Virus record (IMG/VR): IMGVR_UViG_3300047457_001149
Coordinates: 1-64,000 of that record
Length of the DNA: 64,000 nt
From: a virus
Direction: 5' to 3' (one strand)
Shown here piece by piece: positions 7,801 to 15,983 of the stretch; positions within the stretch are counted from its first letter, which is position 1, and each line of letters opens with the position of its first letter. Under the pieces are notes generated by a model. That model searched no databases, was not told where the DNA came from, and saw only the letters and a program-made list of their open reading frames with translations. A program made the translations under genes and the position numbers.

Positions 7801-9784
7801 TGAACTTGACGTCGGTCGTTTTCCAAGGGGCTTTAAGATCCAGGTCGCCTTTCGCATTGACCCGCTTCTGCTTGTCGTAGGCGTAGATGAGGCCGTCGTG
7901 GCGAGTCCCCACGAAGAAGTCGAGCGAGTCGCCGTCGGGTCCGGTGTAGCCAGGGAGGTGGCCGTAGTCGGCGGGGGTCGGGTACTTGTTGCCGGGGACC
8001 AGGTAGTCCTTCTTGATCTCAATGTTGAACGTGAAGGGGCCGAGCTTCTTCTGCTCGATGACGGGACGATCTTCTGCCTTCTTCTCCGCGTGCGGCCGGA
8101 TGTAGACGTAGTCCTTGTCGATCTTCGCCACCGTCCCGCTCACCGGCGCCTTCGGCACGATCATGTGCCCGTACACCTGTTCGAACGAGTGCCCCTCCGG
8201 AAGATGCGAGCGCACCTGAACGAGCGGCGCCTCGCGGTCCAAGAGCGGCAGTGCCTGCGTCCCCATCTTCGATCCCATGATGGCGCGGTTGCCTTGGATC
8301 GAGTGGATGAAAGGGATCAGCGTCGTCGCAGGCGAGTAGATGTGCGACAGGTGGTTGAGCTGGTGGGTGACTTTGCTCGCGTCGACCTTCGCCTGCTCGC
8401 CGTTGTGAAAGACGTCCACCTTCCCGACCATCTGTTGGTGCGGGAACGCCACGGTCATGCGGCTTAGATCGCCAGACCGGATGTACTCATCCTTCCCGGT
8501 CTTCACGTTTCGCATCACCGTGTACAGGTTCCCCTTGTCGTCTCGGTGCGCCGCGAGCGTCGCGCGGATGTCGACGCCTGAGTGCGAGCTCTCGGGCGTG
8601 CGGATAGGGTCCAACGCCCCGAACTGGGTGTTGTGGATCATGCGCGCGTCGAGCGGGATGGCGCGGTCGCTTGGAATGCCGCCCTCCCCGAGGCTCGTCA
8701 CCTTGACCGAGTGATCGAGGATCTCCATCGGGTTGATGCCCGTAGGCACCGCCGACAGCGATGACACCGTCAAAAACTTTCGGATGGAGTCAGAGAACGG
8801 CGCCGGACGGAGGGCGTCGCGGATCACGCTCTTGCCGGTGAACGCCATCTTGGCCTTGGGGGACCACGCGCGCGCCGTCAGGCGAATCCGCTCCGCGATG
8901 AAGTCGTCCATCGCGTGAAAGGTCTTGAAAGTGAGCGAGTCGGTGTCGTCGGGGGCGGCTTCGCCCTTGTGCACCTGGACGATCTTCTTTGCGGCGGCGA
9001 GCAGCGCCTCTGGCGTCACCTTCTCGTGCGCGTGCCCGAGCGTCGCTTGCGTCACCTCTGGGTCAATCGTCGCGATGTCGTACCGCTTCTTGATCGCCTG
9101 GACCTTCTCCTCTTGCGTCGCTCCGGGCTTGATGAGCGCCGGGTGCTCCAACTTCGTGTAGAGCTTCGAGATCGTCGACTCGACCTGGTGTCCGTGTTCG
9201 CGGTGGTTGGCGTCGGCGAGCCCTTGCCCGAGGTGCTTGGCGATCTGCTCGTGGCTCGTCCCGATCCCGCGCAGTACGGCGTAAAGAGGGAGGTTGGACG
9301 TGCCGTACTGGAGGTGGAAGGTGCCCTTGGCGTCGTTGAAGACGACGTCGAAGTTCTTTCCTCGACCGAGGTTGAAGACGGTTTTTAGCTCGCCGTTGTC
9401 CGCGCGCTGGGTGTAGACGCCCGGCTTGCGCCGCAGCTGGTTGGCAACTTGGTACTCGTTGCCGTCGGAGATCATCGTGTGGCGCGACGTGAGGAAGGGG
9501 ATGTGCGCGAGCGTGAAGTTCTTCGCGGTGTCGATGACCTTACCGTCGGCGCCCTTGAGAACAAGCGTCCCTTTGACCGGCTCGTTGAGCGACGTGCCCT
9601 TCATGAGCGCGTTGTATTCGTCAGACGGCGTGAAGTCCTGGGCGTGCACCTTCACGTCTTGCAGCTCCAGCGTCCGTCCCTTGAGATCGAGCGGGAACGC
9701 GGCGGTGAGCGCTCCCACCGTCTTCGTGTGGAGCTTCGCTCGGAGCGTCGCGGCGTCCGTTAGTACGGGCGTGAGGTTCTGCAT
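4814..9784 (-). CDS. rpoB: Phage RNA polymerase beta subunit fused to N-terminal half of beta-prime, with inserted PPase-like domain
   Basis: RpoB motifs QLRRKPGVY, DPIRTPES, NRAIMGSKM, GFNSNDA, GDKLAGRYGNKGVVS, GKMEFDAL; then RpoC motifs PEKGGLFD, PVIPPVFRP, NRAPTLHR and catalytic NLDYDGD (~5243-5263). Confidence 0.95.
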   Translation of the reverse strand: MQNLTPVLTDAATLRAKLHTKTVGALTAAFPLDLKGRTLELQDVKVHAQDFTPSDEYNALMKGTSLNEPVKGTLVLKGADGKVIDTAKNFTLAHIPFLTSRHTMISDGNEYQVANQLRRKPGVYTQRADNGELKTVFNLGRGKNFDVVFNDAKGTFHLQYGTSNLPLYAVLRGIGTSHEQIAKHLGQGLADANHREHGHQVESTISKLYTKLEHPALIKPGATQEEKVQAIKKRYDIATIDPEVTQATLGHAHEKVTPEALLAAAKKIVQVHKGEAAPDDTDSLTFKTFHAMDDFIAERIRLTARAWSPKAKMAFTGKSVIRDALRPAPFSDSIRKFLTVSSLSAVPTGINPMEILDHSVKVTSLGEGGIPSDRAIPLDARMIHNTQFGALDPIRTPESSHSGVDIRATLAAHRDDKGNLYTVMRNVKTGKDEYIRSGDLSRMTVAFPHQQMVGKVDVFHNGEQAKVDASKVTHQLNHLSHIYSPATTLIPFIHSIQGNRAIMGSKMGTQALPLLDREAPLVQVRSHLPEGHSFEQVYGHMIVPKAPVSGTVAKIDKDYVYIRPHAEKKAEDRPVIEQKKLGPFTFNIEIKKDYLVPGNKYPTPADYGHLPGYTGPDGDSLDFFVGTRHDGLIYAYDKQKRVNAKGDLDLKAPWKTTDVKFIVGHSPEEAEAFHRNTEEFSSPTVRFANRRFFKDWNHLQQHIDTHHKNEKTAAADDKGLVKVPYHQFFPFPSKTYLHHDIKVKAGDTVKEGQRLAESNYTKNGTLALGKNLLVGYVPYYGFNSNDAVVISETCSKRLTSEHMYREVYPLSSQIELNKEKHRMYYGTKYTPEAYGKLDNDGVIKKGSKVTAKEPLVLGLTKQTIAGTDAMLGRISKALSKPYKEVALSWDHGAPGEVIDVVRTNSQITILVRTHEQMQIGDKLAGRYGNKGVVSKIVPDHEMLRDEQGRPLDLLLTSAGVVSRINPAQIIETSVSKVAEKTGKPIVYDNAAGHNAVKWARELMQTHGVKDKEHLFDPVLNRKISGADGKGVLVGRQFIYKLFKSTDTNFAGHGVGPYDLNEQPMKTGGDDSAKGIGKMEFDALLAHNARNFLREASTVKGQKNDEFWKAVQTGMPLPNPKPSFAFNKFTAMLEGAGIRVDRRGSKMSLLPLTDADVMKRSAGSIENNKTIVAKNLRPEKGGLFDPLKTGGNQGTLYSHIDLHEPIPSPVFKEPVRRLLNMTERQYEQAIHDHGGAWFKSELSKINVDSKLQTLRDQMRTAKGPALNDLVKQVKYLEALKKNNLRPENAYIISKVPVIPPVFRPILPGVQDPSQLMVADANKLYGQLMDSRDTLQRTAVESDRGKHRLDVYNKVEELYGVALPADAKLQQQKVKGFLATVAGVGTPKGGFFQRKLMRHTQDVSGRGTAVPDANLNMDQVGIPEQMLWQMLDKLIVARLIRKGYPALQAREMVTKKDPAAHQAMLEETSERPVWINRAPTLHRWGIIAAYAKPVKGKTLRVSPFIETGMNLDYDGDTLQVHVPVTPDAVTDAKNMTMTNLLLADQQRNKLIAFPQHEAIIGFTHASKATAAKGPVKTFKNREDVLAAWRRGELKMTDAIEVKNTKQAEDTEADNYSLGESLPAAFSSTSPELALSYFPPEHLTGVDEDEEDPHVPLSR

Positions 9785-9793
9785 CGCGTGCGA

Positions 9794-9820
9794 ATTTTAG
9801 CACACGATGAGGGTACAAGG
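9794..9820. promoter_or_regulatory. Back-to-back divergent promoters: TG-C-TAAAAT (minus, RNAP gene) and GGGTACAAGG (plus)
   Basis: Extended -10 TGCTAAAAT lies 9 nt upstream of the RNAP ATG; the plus motif resembles those at 27830 and 28333. Confidence 0.5.
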
Positions 9821-9857
9821 ACTTGATCTCGCAGCATGTCGCTGCGGATCAAGGAGA

Positions 9858-10088
9858 ATGAGAGATGTTTATCACGAGCCTGCTCCGCTTCGTCATCTAC
9901 GTGGGGGTCATCCTGTGACCCCCTGGGACGTGGTGGCGAGCGAGATGGCGGCCCACGCCGCCCTCCCCAAGGCGGAGAGGAGGCGTCGAAAGAAGGCGCC
10001 TCCTCCCCAGACCCAGCCTGAGCCCGAGGTCTCGGGCTGGGCAGAAGTCGACGAGGAGGTCATGGACCTCCTCGTGGACAGGAGATAG
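9858..10088 (+). CDS. Small hypothetical protein
   Basis: AAGGAGA directly before ATG 9858; basic RRRRKK stretch and acidic tail. Confidence 0.5.
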   Translation: MRDVYHEPAPLRHLRGGHPVTPWDVVASEMAAHAALPKAERRRRKKAPPPQTQPEPEVSGWAEVDEEVMDLLVDRR

Positions 10089-10108
10089 TTCGACCCCGAG
10101 GCGTGCCG

Positions 10109-10519
10109 CTACAACCGCGGCACGCCTCGGGGTCTCGCCTCCGCTTCGTTTGGTCCGTCTTCGGGCTCTTCCCAAGTGACCGCCGCGTACCGCTCGCCGC
10201 GCTCGTTGTTGAACTCGTCGTACGCCAGTCGAAACGCCTCGCCACGAGTGGCGTTGCGAAGCTTGTTCAGCAGCGTGACGTATTCGCGATGCCGCGTGTG
10301 CCGGCACGTGATGTCCGACTCGTCAGGCAGGACGATCTCTCCGTCTTCCACCAGCTTCTTACACCGGTGGCAGCCTTGCCATGGCCGGAAGATCAAGAAG
10401 GTGTCTTGCTGCACCTTCAGCTTCTTCTTGCGCCCCTCCGCCGGATCGGCAAACCCGGGACGGGGGCCGCGCATGCCCTCGGCGTTGGCTTCCAGCTGCT
10501 TCTCGTACCAGTCACTCAC
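10109..10519 (-). CDS. Hypothetical protein (CxxC...CxH)
   Basis: 136 aa, coupled to the putative portal gene by a GTGA overlap. Confidence 0.7.
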   Translation of the reverse strand: MSDWYEKQLEANAEGMRGPRPGFADPAEGRKKKLKVQQDTFLIFRPWQGCHRCKKLVEDGEIVLPDESDITCRHTRHREYVTLLNKLRNATRGEAFRLAYDEFNNERGERYAAVTWEEPEDGPNEAEARPRGVPRL

Positions 10520-12249
10520 TGCGGACCTCCGCCCATCGCCTGCGCCTTCATCTGCGCCATCTGGTCCTGCTGCATCTGCTCAACTCGCTGCACGACCACC
10601 GAGTACATCACGAAGTCTTCGCCCTTGAGCGAGTCCATGCGCGAGCGGCGCGAGCCCGGATCCATCTGCACCATCTGCTGCGCGATCTGGTCGGCCTGCG
10701 CGACGATCTGCTGCTGGTCATAAGCCATGCCGCCCTGGCTCTGCAGCGCCTGCTGCTGGGCCTGGTTCGACAGCGACTGCTGGAACTTCTGCATCGCGAT
10801 TTCGGTTTCTTTTTGCGCCCGAGCGTCAGAGAGCGTGTCTTCCTTTCGCCGGCGGCGCTCGTGATCGAGGTCGATGTTGAGCATGTCGGCGACGGTCGTG
10901 TTGCTGACGAGCTGCTGCTGCCAGAGCTGCATCTTCAGCTGCTTGTTGTCGATGTCGTCGATCATCTTGAAGTCCGCGAGCCGCATGTTGATCGGCTCCC
11001 AGTCCATGAACGCGGCGACCTTTCGCTCGATCCATTGGACCACCGCGTTCAAGTTCTCGATGTGCGTCTGCAGCTGGTTTTCAACCATGCGCAGCGTAAT
11101 CTCGCCGCGCGTCTGCCCGAGGCCCCCGGCGAGGAACTCCATGGGGACGCCCATGGAGAGCACGATGTTCTTCTCCGCCTCTTGCAGCTCGCCGAGCGTC
11201 AAGAGCGCCCGCCCGTTGCCGCCCATCTCTTGGACGTTGATCGGCACGGGAGAGAACTGGATGCGCAGAGGATCGCGGCGGAATAGCCGGATGTTGCGCT
11301 CCATCTCCTCGCGCCATCGGTCGAGAGGGATCGTCGAGATCGGGTCGCCCTGCCCGCTGGCGGCCGCCGGGTGGATGATCCGCATCGGCGTAATGTGTTC
11401 GAGCGCGATCGCCTCGTTCGCTTTACGCAGTACAGCGGTGAAGAGAAAGTTCTTGATCGCGCTCGTGATCGGCGGGAAGCCCCACTGCGATTGCACGCCG
11501 GCGGGGCCCGGCATCTTCATGTGGTAGAGCGACTCGTCGGCAAACCGAAAGGTCTTCTTTTCCTGCATCGCACGCAGGATTTCCATAGGCATGTGGTTGA
11601 TCAGCGTGCGGTTGCCGGCGCGCACCTTGGCGATGTCATCACGCGGGATCTGGTAGTAGTAGACCGACTCGCCCGTGACGCGATTGTGCTCAATGTCGAT
11701 CAGCTTCGGGTCCCAGCGGATCAGCTTGATCTTGTTGGCCTTCTTCAGCTTGTAGTCCTCGACGCGCGAGGTCACGTCCTTCCGGCGGCATTGCCGACAG
11801 TTGTGCGTGAACGAGCACTTCGCGAGGTTGAACTTGTAGTCAGCGGCGGCGACGTCTTCCTTTGTCCCGCAGAAGGGGCATGTCAGCTCCCGCTTGATCG
11901 GCTCGTACACCGAGATGAACGCGTTGCCGTAGAGCCAGACGTCGTAGCTCACCTGAGTCAAGAAGCCCTTCAGGCGGATCGACTCCTCGAAGAGCTTCTT
12001 GTGCCTCGTCTTCTCTTCGTCCGACGTCGACTCGTAGATGAACCGAGTGATCGGGTATTCGCCGAACTTCCGCACGACGCCGTAGATGTGCGCGGAGTGG
12101 AACCCGAGATACTCGGCCCACTTGAACAGGTCCTTCAGCTTTCGCGGAACGAACCCCGTCAAGTAGTCGAACATGGGGTTGGCGTGCGATGCTCCGCGCG
12201 CTCCCATCATGTCGAGAGGGGTCATTCCGTCCGGTCCGTAAGTCGTCAT
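10516..12249 (-). CDS. Putative portal protein with Zn-ribbon insertion
   Basis: ~577 aa; portal-like pattern (VWLYGNAF, LYHMK...WGFPPI, IVLSMGVPMEFL); CPFC/CRQC insert; Gln/Met-rich tail; GGAG RBS before ATG 12249. Confidence 0.65.
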   Translation of the reverse strand: MTTYGPDGMTPLDMMGARGASHANPMFDYLTGFVPRKLKDLFKWAEYLGFHSAHIYGVVRKFGEYPITRFIYESTSDEEKTRHKKLFEESIRLKGFLTQVSYDVWLYGNAFISVYEPIKRELTCPFCGTKEDVAAADYKFNLAKCSFTHNCRQCRRKDVTSRVEDYKLKKANKIKLIRWDPKLIDIEHNRVTGESVYYYQIPRDDIAKVRAGNRTLINHMPMEILRAMQEKKTFRFADESLYHMKMPGPAGVQSQWGFPPITSAIKNFLFTAVLRKANEAIALEHITPMRIIHPAAASGQGDPISTIPLDRWREEMERNIRLFRRDPLRIQFSPVPINVQEMGGNGRALLTLGELQEAEKNIVLSMGVPMEFLAGGLGQTRGEITLRMVENQLQTHIENLNAVVQWIERKVAAFMDWEPINMRLADFKMIDDIDNKQLKMQLWQQQLVSNTTVADMLNIDLDHERRRRKEDTLSDARAQKETEIAMQKFQQSLSNQAQQQALQSQGGMAYDQQQIVAQADQIAQQMVQMDPGSRRSRMDSLKGEDFVMYSVVVQRVEQMQQDQMAQMKAQAMGGGPQ

Positions 12250-12279
12250 CGTCACTCCGAGATGAGAGAGGAGAGCCGC

Positions 12280-14328
12280 GTGCTCATCACAGGCAATCTG
12301 CTGCGCAATTCTACACCGGTGTTTCGGATTGAGGCACCGGAAGACTCGTATTTGGCCCGCGCATGGGGAGGTGTGTACGCCGACGGCGCCTGGCTGTTCC
12401 CGGCGTTCTACCCCTTCGCCCGCTGGGCGTTTGAAGACATCCGCAAGTTTTACCCAAAGGCTTCTTGGGACGCTACCGCCCTCAAGTTTCTACAAGACGT
12501 GCGGGACGCCGACGCTTCGTGGGCAAAGGCCTCCGAGCGGTGGGTTGGCGCCGCCACCGCCGAGCCCGTGGCTGACGAGGCCTTCTTCGCCAAGGGCTTT
12601 ACGCCGTATCAGCACCAGATGTACGGCATCCGGCGCCTGACGACTTGGTGGCGCTCATTTCTCCTCTGGGAGATGGGAACCGGCAAGACGCGCACGGCGA
12701 TCGACGCGCTCCGACTTTTGCGGGAGCAGGGTAAGTTCCGGAAGGCGCTGGTCATCGGCCCGCCCGTGGTCCTCGACACTTGGCGGCGAGAGGTCGCCAA
12801 GTGCTCCGGGGGCGCGTGGCGGGCGGTCGTCTGGGACGGCTCGCGCAAGGCGGCGGAGGCGGCGCAAGAGGCCGACGTCGTCCTCGCCTCTTACGCCCGG
12901 GTCCGAATCGAGCGCGAGCGCGCGCTGGCCGCGGCTAAGGAGCTGTCCGTCACGGACGAGGTCCGCGCGCGCTACCGCATGCCGCTACTCGCGCCCGAAG
13001 CGCGGGAGCAGCTAGAGTGGGAGCGGCAGCACCCGCTCTATCAACTGGATTACGACACCATCATCGCCGACGAGAGCCACTACCTCGGCAACTGGAAGAG
13101 CGGCCAGACGCAGGCAGCGATCGAGCTCTCGGCCAAGGCGGTCCGGCGGTACTGCTTGACCGGAACTCCTGGCGACGACCCGCGCAAGCTCTACGCCCAA
13201 CTCTACTTCCTGTCCCCCGCGCTAATCCCGCTGTCTTACGCGAAGTTCGAGGAGCGCCACCTCGTTCACTCAAAAAAGAACAAGCATGTCGTCGTCGGCT
13301 TCCGCTTCCTGAACGAGCTCAACGAGCGCGTCAACAGCGTGGCGAGCCGGATGAAGAAGGCCGACTGCCTCGACCTCCCGCCAGTCACGGTGTCGGACCT
13401 TTACTACGACCTCGGACCCAAGCAGCGCGCTCGCTACAACGAGCTCGTGATGGAGATGCAAACCTCCGTCGAGCCGGTCCTCAACTACATCACCCCGGCG
13501 TCCTTGAAGACCGAAGAGCTTCCTGATCGCGCCGCGCTCAAGCTTCCGCATGGAGCTGCGCGCGTCAACAAGCTGCTCCAAGTGCTGTCAGGGTTCTTGA
13601 TCCTCGGCGCGGACTACTCGATCTGCGACGCCTGCGTCCACATGGAGGCTTGCGCGGAATCGCGAATCCGACCATACACCAAGAAGTGCAAGGTTATTCA
13701 GAGCGCCCCTGAGCGACAGGTTCTCCGCGACGTCGAGAACCCGAAGCTGGACCTTTACAAGGAGCAGCTTGAAGTCATTCTCGAAGGCGACGCGACGAAC
13801 AAGGTCATCGTCTGGGCCAACTTCACGGAAGAGCTCGACGACCTGGAGCGCGCCACCAAAGAGATGGGCTATGGGTACGTCCGCGTCGACGGCTCTAACA
13901 CCAACAAGATCGGAGAGATCTCAGACAAGTTTCAGACAGACGAGAACTGCCGCGTCTACATCGGTCAGGTGCGCACCGGCATCGGCGTGACCTTGACCGC
14001 CGCCAACTACACCATCTTCTACTCCTTGCCGTGGGACCCGCTGCAGTATCGGCAAGCGATGGACCGCAACAACCGCCCGGGGCAGAAGCGGGACATGACC
14101 GTCTACCGGCTGTTGTCGTCGGACGCCACCTGGGCTCTCGACCGGTATGTCGCCCAAGTCCTCACCTTCAAGGAGACCATCGCGCTCACTCTGACGGAGC
14201 TCATCGCGTGCGCCTCGTGCGACCGGCAGCAGCACTGCGCCGCGAAGGAGATCCTCCCCTTTCGAGAGAACTGTAAGTATGCTGCCAACGTCGCTCGTCC
14301 CGTCGCGGACGTGGAGGTAATCGAATGA
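12280..14328 (+). CDS. SNF2-family (SF2) helicase
   Basis: EMGTGKT, DESH, LTGTP, GIGVTLTAA, QAMDRNNRPGQ; probable GTG start 12280 after GAGGAG (the track's 11371 start is an antisense extension over the portal). Confidence 0.9.
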   Translation: MLITGNLLRNSTPVFRIEAPEDSYLARAWGGVYADGAWLFPAFYPFARWAFEDIRKFYPKASWDATALKFLQDVRDADASWAKASERWVGAATAEPVADEAFFAKGFTPYQHQMYGIRRLTTWWRSFLLWEMGTGKTRTAIDALRLLREQGKFRKALVIGPPVVLDTWRREVAKCSGGAWRAVVWDGSRKAAEAAQEADVVLASYARVRIERERALAAAKELSVTDEVRARYRMPLLAPEAREQLEWERQHPLYQLDYDTIIADESHYLGNWKSGQTQAAIELSAKAVRRYCLTGTPGDDPRKLYAQLYFLSPALIPLSYAKFEERHLVHSKKNKHVVVGFRFLNELNERVNSVASRMKKADCLDLPPVTVSDLYYDLGPKQRARYNELVMEMQTSVEPVLNYITPASLKTEELPDRAALKLPHGAARVNKLLQVLSGFLILGADYSICDACVHMEACAESRIRPYTKKCKVIQSAPERQVLRDVENPKLDLYKEQLEVILEGDATNKVIVWANFTEELDDLERATKEMGYGYVRVDGSNTNKIGEISDKFQTDENCRVYIGQVRTGIGVTLTAANYTIFYSLPWDPLQYRQAMDRNNRPGQKRDMTVYRLLSSDATWALDRYVAQVLTFKETIALTLTELIACASCDRQQHCAAKEILPFRENCKYAANVARPVADVEVIE

Positions 14329-15011
14329 AGATCGAACTGGAACACTCGGACATCTGCAAGGCCCTCGCCCACTACCTGCGCACCAAGAACTTCGCGGTCG
14401 ACGCTGACCCGCGTAACTTCGTGTTCAAGGAAGAGGAGGCAGGCGAGCTCTTGGTCGTCGTGAAGAACGGCGACATGATCACCAACGCCCCGCCCCTTAC
14501 GCCGGAGTCTCTCCGCGCCGCCGTCGTGCCGCCGGTCAACCCGGCGCGGCCCCCGGTTCCGCCCGCCAAGCCGCACCCGGCCGCGCGCGTTTCTCCCAAG
14601 GCGCGCATCTTCGCGAAGAACGATCCTTTCGAGCCCGTGCCGCCGCCTCGGGAGCAGGTTCCGGCGCCGCGCCTGAAGGTTCTCGACCCGCAGGCCGCGC
14701 GCTCGCCCGCGCTGCACTCCGCGCCCGCGCATCCGGGGATGCCGGCGCCGCGCGAGGTCATTCAGAACTTCGGGGCCGAAAAAAAGGGCGAAGAGCTGGT
14801 AGAAGAGCCCGCTCAGCCCGTTGTGGCTCCTACGACGCCGTCGGGGCTCATCATTGACCCCGCAGCCATGTCCGAGGACGACCAGCGGCTGTTCCAAGAC
14901 ATTCTCTCGCGGTCGGCGGCCGCGACAGAAGCCGCTGTAGCTGTTCCCGCCGAGGTCCCTGCTAGAGGCGCCGACATCGACATGATGGGCGCCGAGGAGT
15001 TTGTGGAGTGA
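14325..15011 (+). CDS. Hypothetical proline-rich protein
   Basis: ATGA overlap with the helicase, GGAGG RBS. Confidence 0.7.
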   Translation: MKIELEHSDICKALAHYLRTKNFAVDADPRNFVFKEEEAGELLVVVKNGDMITNAPPLTPESLRAAVVPPVNPARPPVPPAKPHPAARVSPKARIFAKNDPFEPVPPPREQVPAPRLKVLDPQAARSPALHSAPAHPGMPAPREVIQNFGAEKKGEELVEEPAQPVVAPTTPSGLIIDPAAMSEDDQRLFQDILSRSAAATEAAVAVPAEVPARGADIDMMGAEEFVE

Positions 15012-15814
15012 CAGAAAAGAGACGAATCGAAATCCCTGACAGCATGCGCGACCCCGTCCTCCCGGGCGGGGCCTTCTCGCACTCCCAGTACGAAGCCTTC
15101 AAGGCTTGCGGCCGGGCGTACGAGTTCAAGTACGTGAAGCAAGTCTCGTCGCCCCCGTCTCCCGCGATGGCGCGGGGGACGGCCATCCACGCGGGCGTCG
15201 AGACGGCGCTCCTCGCCAAGAAGGGCGGACAGCCTGTGTCCCCCGAGGCGATGCTGGCCGTGGTCAGCGACGCCTTCGACAAGGCGAAGGAGCAGATCAG
15301 TGAGTGGGGCGACGAGGAGCCGGGAAAGCTGAAAGACACTTCGCTTTCTCTTTACCGGGTATACCACGCCGCCGTCCTGCCCAAGATCACTCCGCTGGAG
15401 ATCGAGGAGCCCTTCGTAGTGAAGGTCGGCTCGGTCACGGTGCGGGGGATCATCGACCTCGTCGACCACGAGAAGGAGGGGCCGGGGGACCCCGGCAAGA
15501 TCGTGGTCGCAGACCTGAAGACGAGCGCGGCCAAGTGGTCTCAGAGCGACGTCGACAGGGACGCGCAGCTGTCCCTCTACACGGCCGTCAAGGGCCAGAT
15601 CAACGCGCGGATCGACAACCTGGTGTCGACCAAGACCCCGGCCTACCACCGGCTTTCGACTACGCGCGGGGCCGCCGACCATCGTAACCTCACCGAGGAC
15701 TACGAGGAGACGGCAGACTTCATCAAGCGGGGCGTCTTTCCGATGGCTCCGATGGACTCGTGGAAGTGCACGCCCAAGTGGTGCCCGTACTGGGGGAGCT
15801 GCCGTGGCCGCTAA
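15008..15814 (+). CDS. PD-(D/E)XK RecB/Cas4-like exonuclease
   Basis: GTAIH, GIIDLV, ADLKT, QLSLY; one N-terminal plus three C-terminal Cys (Fe-S staple). Confidence 0.88.
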   Translation: MTEKRRIEIPDSMRDPVLPGGAFSHSQYEAFKACGRAYEFKYVKQVSSPPSPAMARGTAIHAGVETALLAKKGGQPVSPEAMLAVVSDAFDKAKEQISEWGDEEPGKLKDTSLSLYRVYHAAVLPKITPLEIEEPFVVKVGSVTVRGIIDLVDHEKEGPGDPGKIVVADLKTSAAKWSQSDVDRDAQLSLYTAVKGQINARIDNLVSTKTPAYHRLSTTRGAADHRNLTEDYEETADFIKRGVFPMAPMDSWKCTPKWCPYWGSCRGR

Positions 15815-15983
15815 ATACGGAGTCGACACCGACCCTGAATCCGAACAGGCTCAAGAGACTTTACGGCGTACGACAACCGTGGCAAACCCTCCCACGTGCC
15901 CAAAGTGCCACGCCCAAGTCCTCGTGACGCCGACGCTGGTTCGGCTGTGTCCAAACTGCGGCAGCGCGCCCTTCGAGCGCTAG
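15804..15983 (+). CDS. 59-aa zinc-ribbon microprotein
   Basis: Hand-translated, below the track cutoff: MAAKYGVDTD...CPKC...CPNCGSAPFER; GGGGGAG RBS before GTG 15804. Confidence 0.7.
   Translation: MAAKYGVDTDPESEQAQETLRRTTTVANPPTCPKCHAQVLVTPTLVRLCPNCGSAPFER

Noticed and set aside
7640-8090. Intein or intron in the RNAP gene
   Set aside because: The insert is in frame but lacks an N-terminal C/S, a terminal HN followed by C/S/T, and LAGLIDADG motifs; it has a PPase motif instead.
1680-9784. Host chromosomal rpoBC operon
   Set aside because: No ribosomal protein or nusG neighbours; divergent and rearranged; flanked by portal, terminase and tail genes.
11371-12279. N-terminal extensions of SNF2, sigma (to 18530), exonuclease (from 27052) and DinG (from 59618) in the ORF track
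   Set aside because: They overlap real neighbouring genes; better downstream starts exist, most with an RBS.
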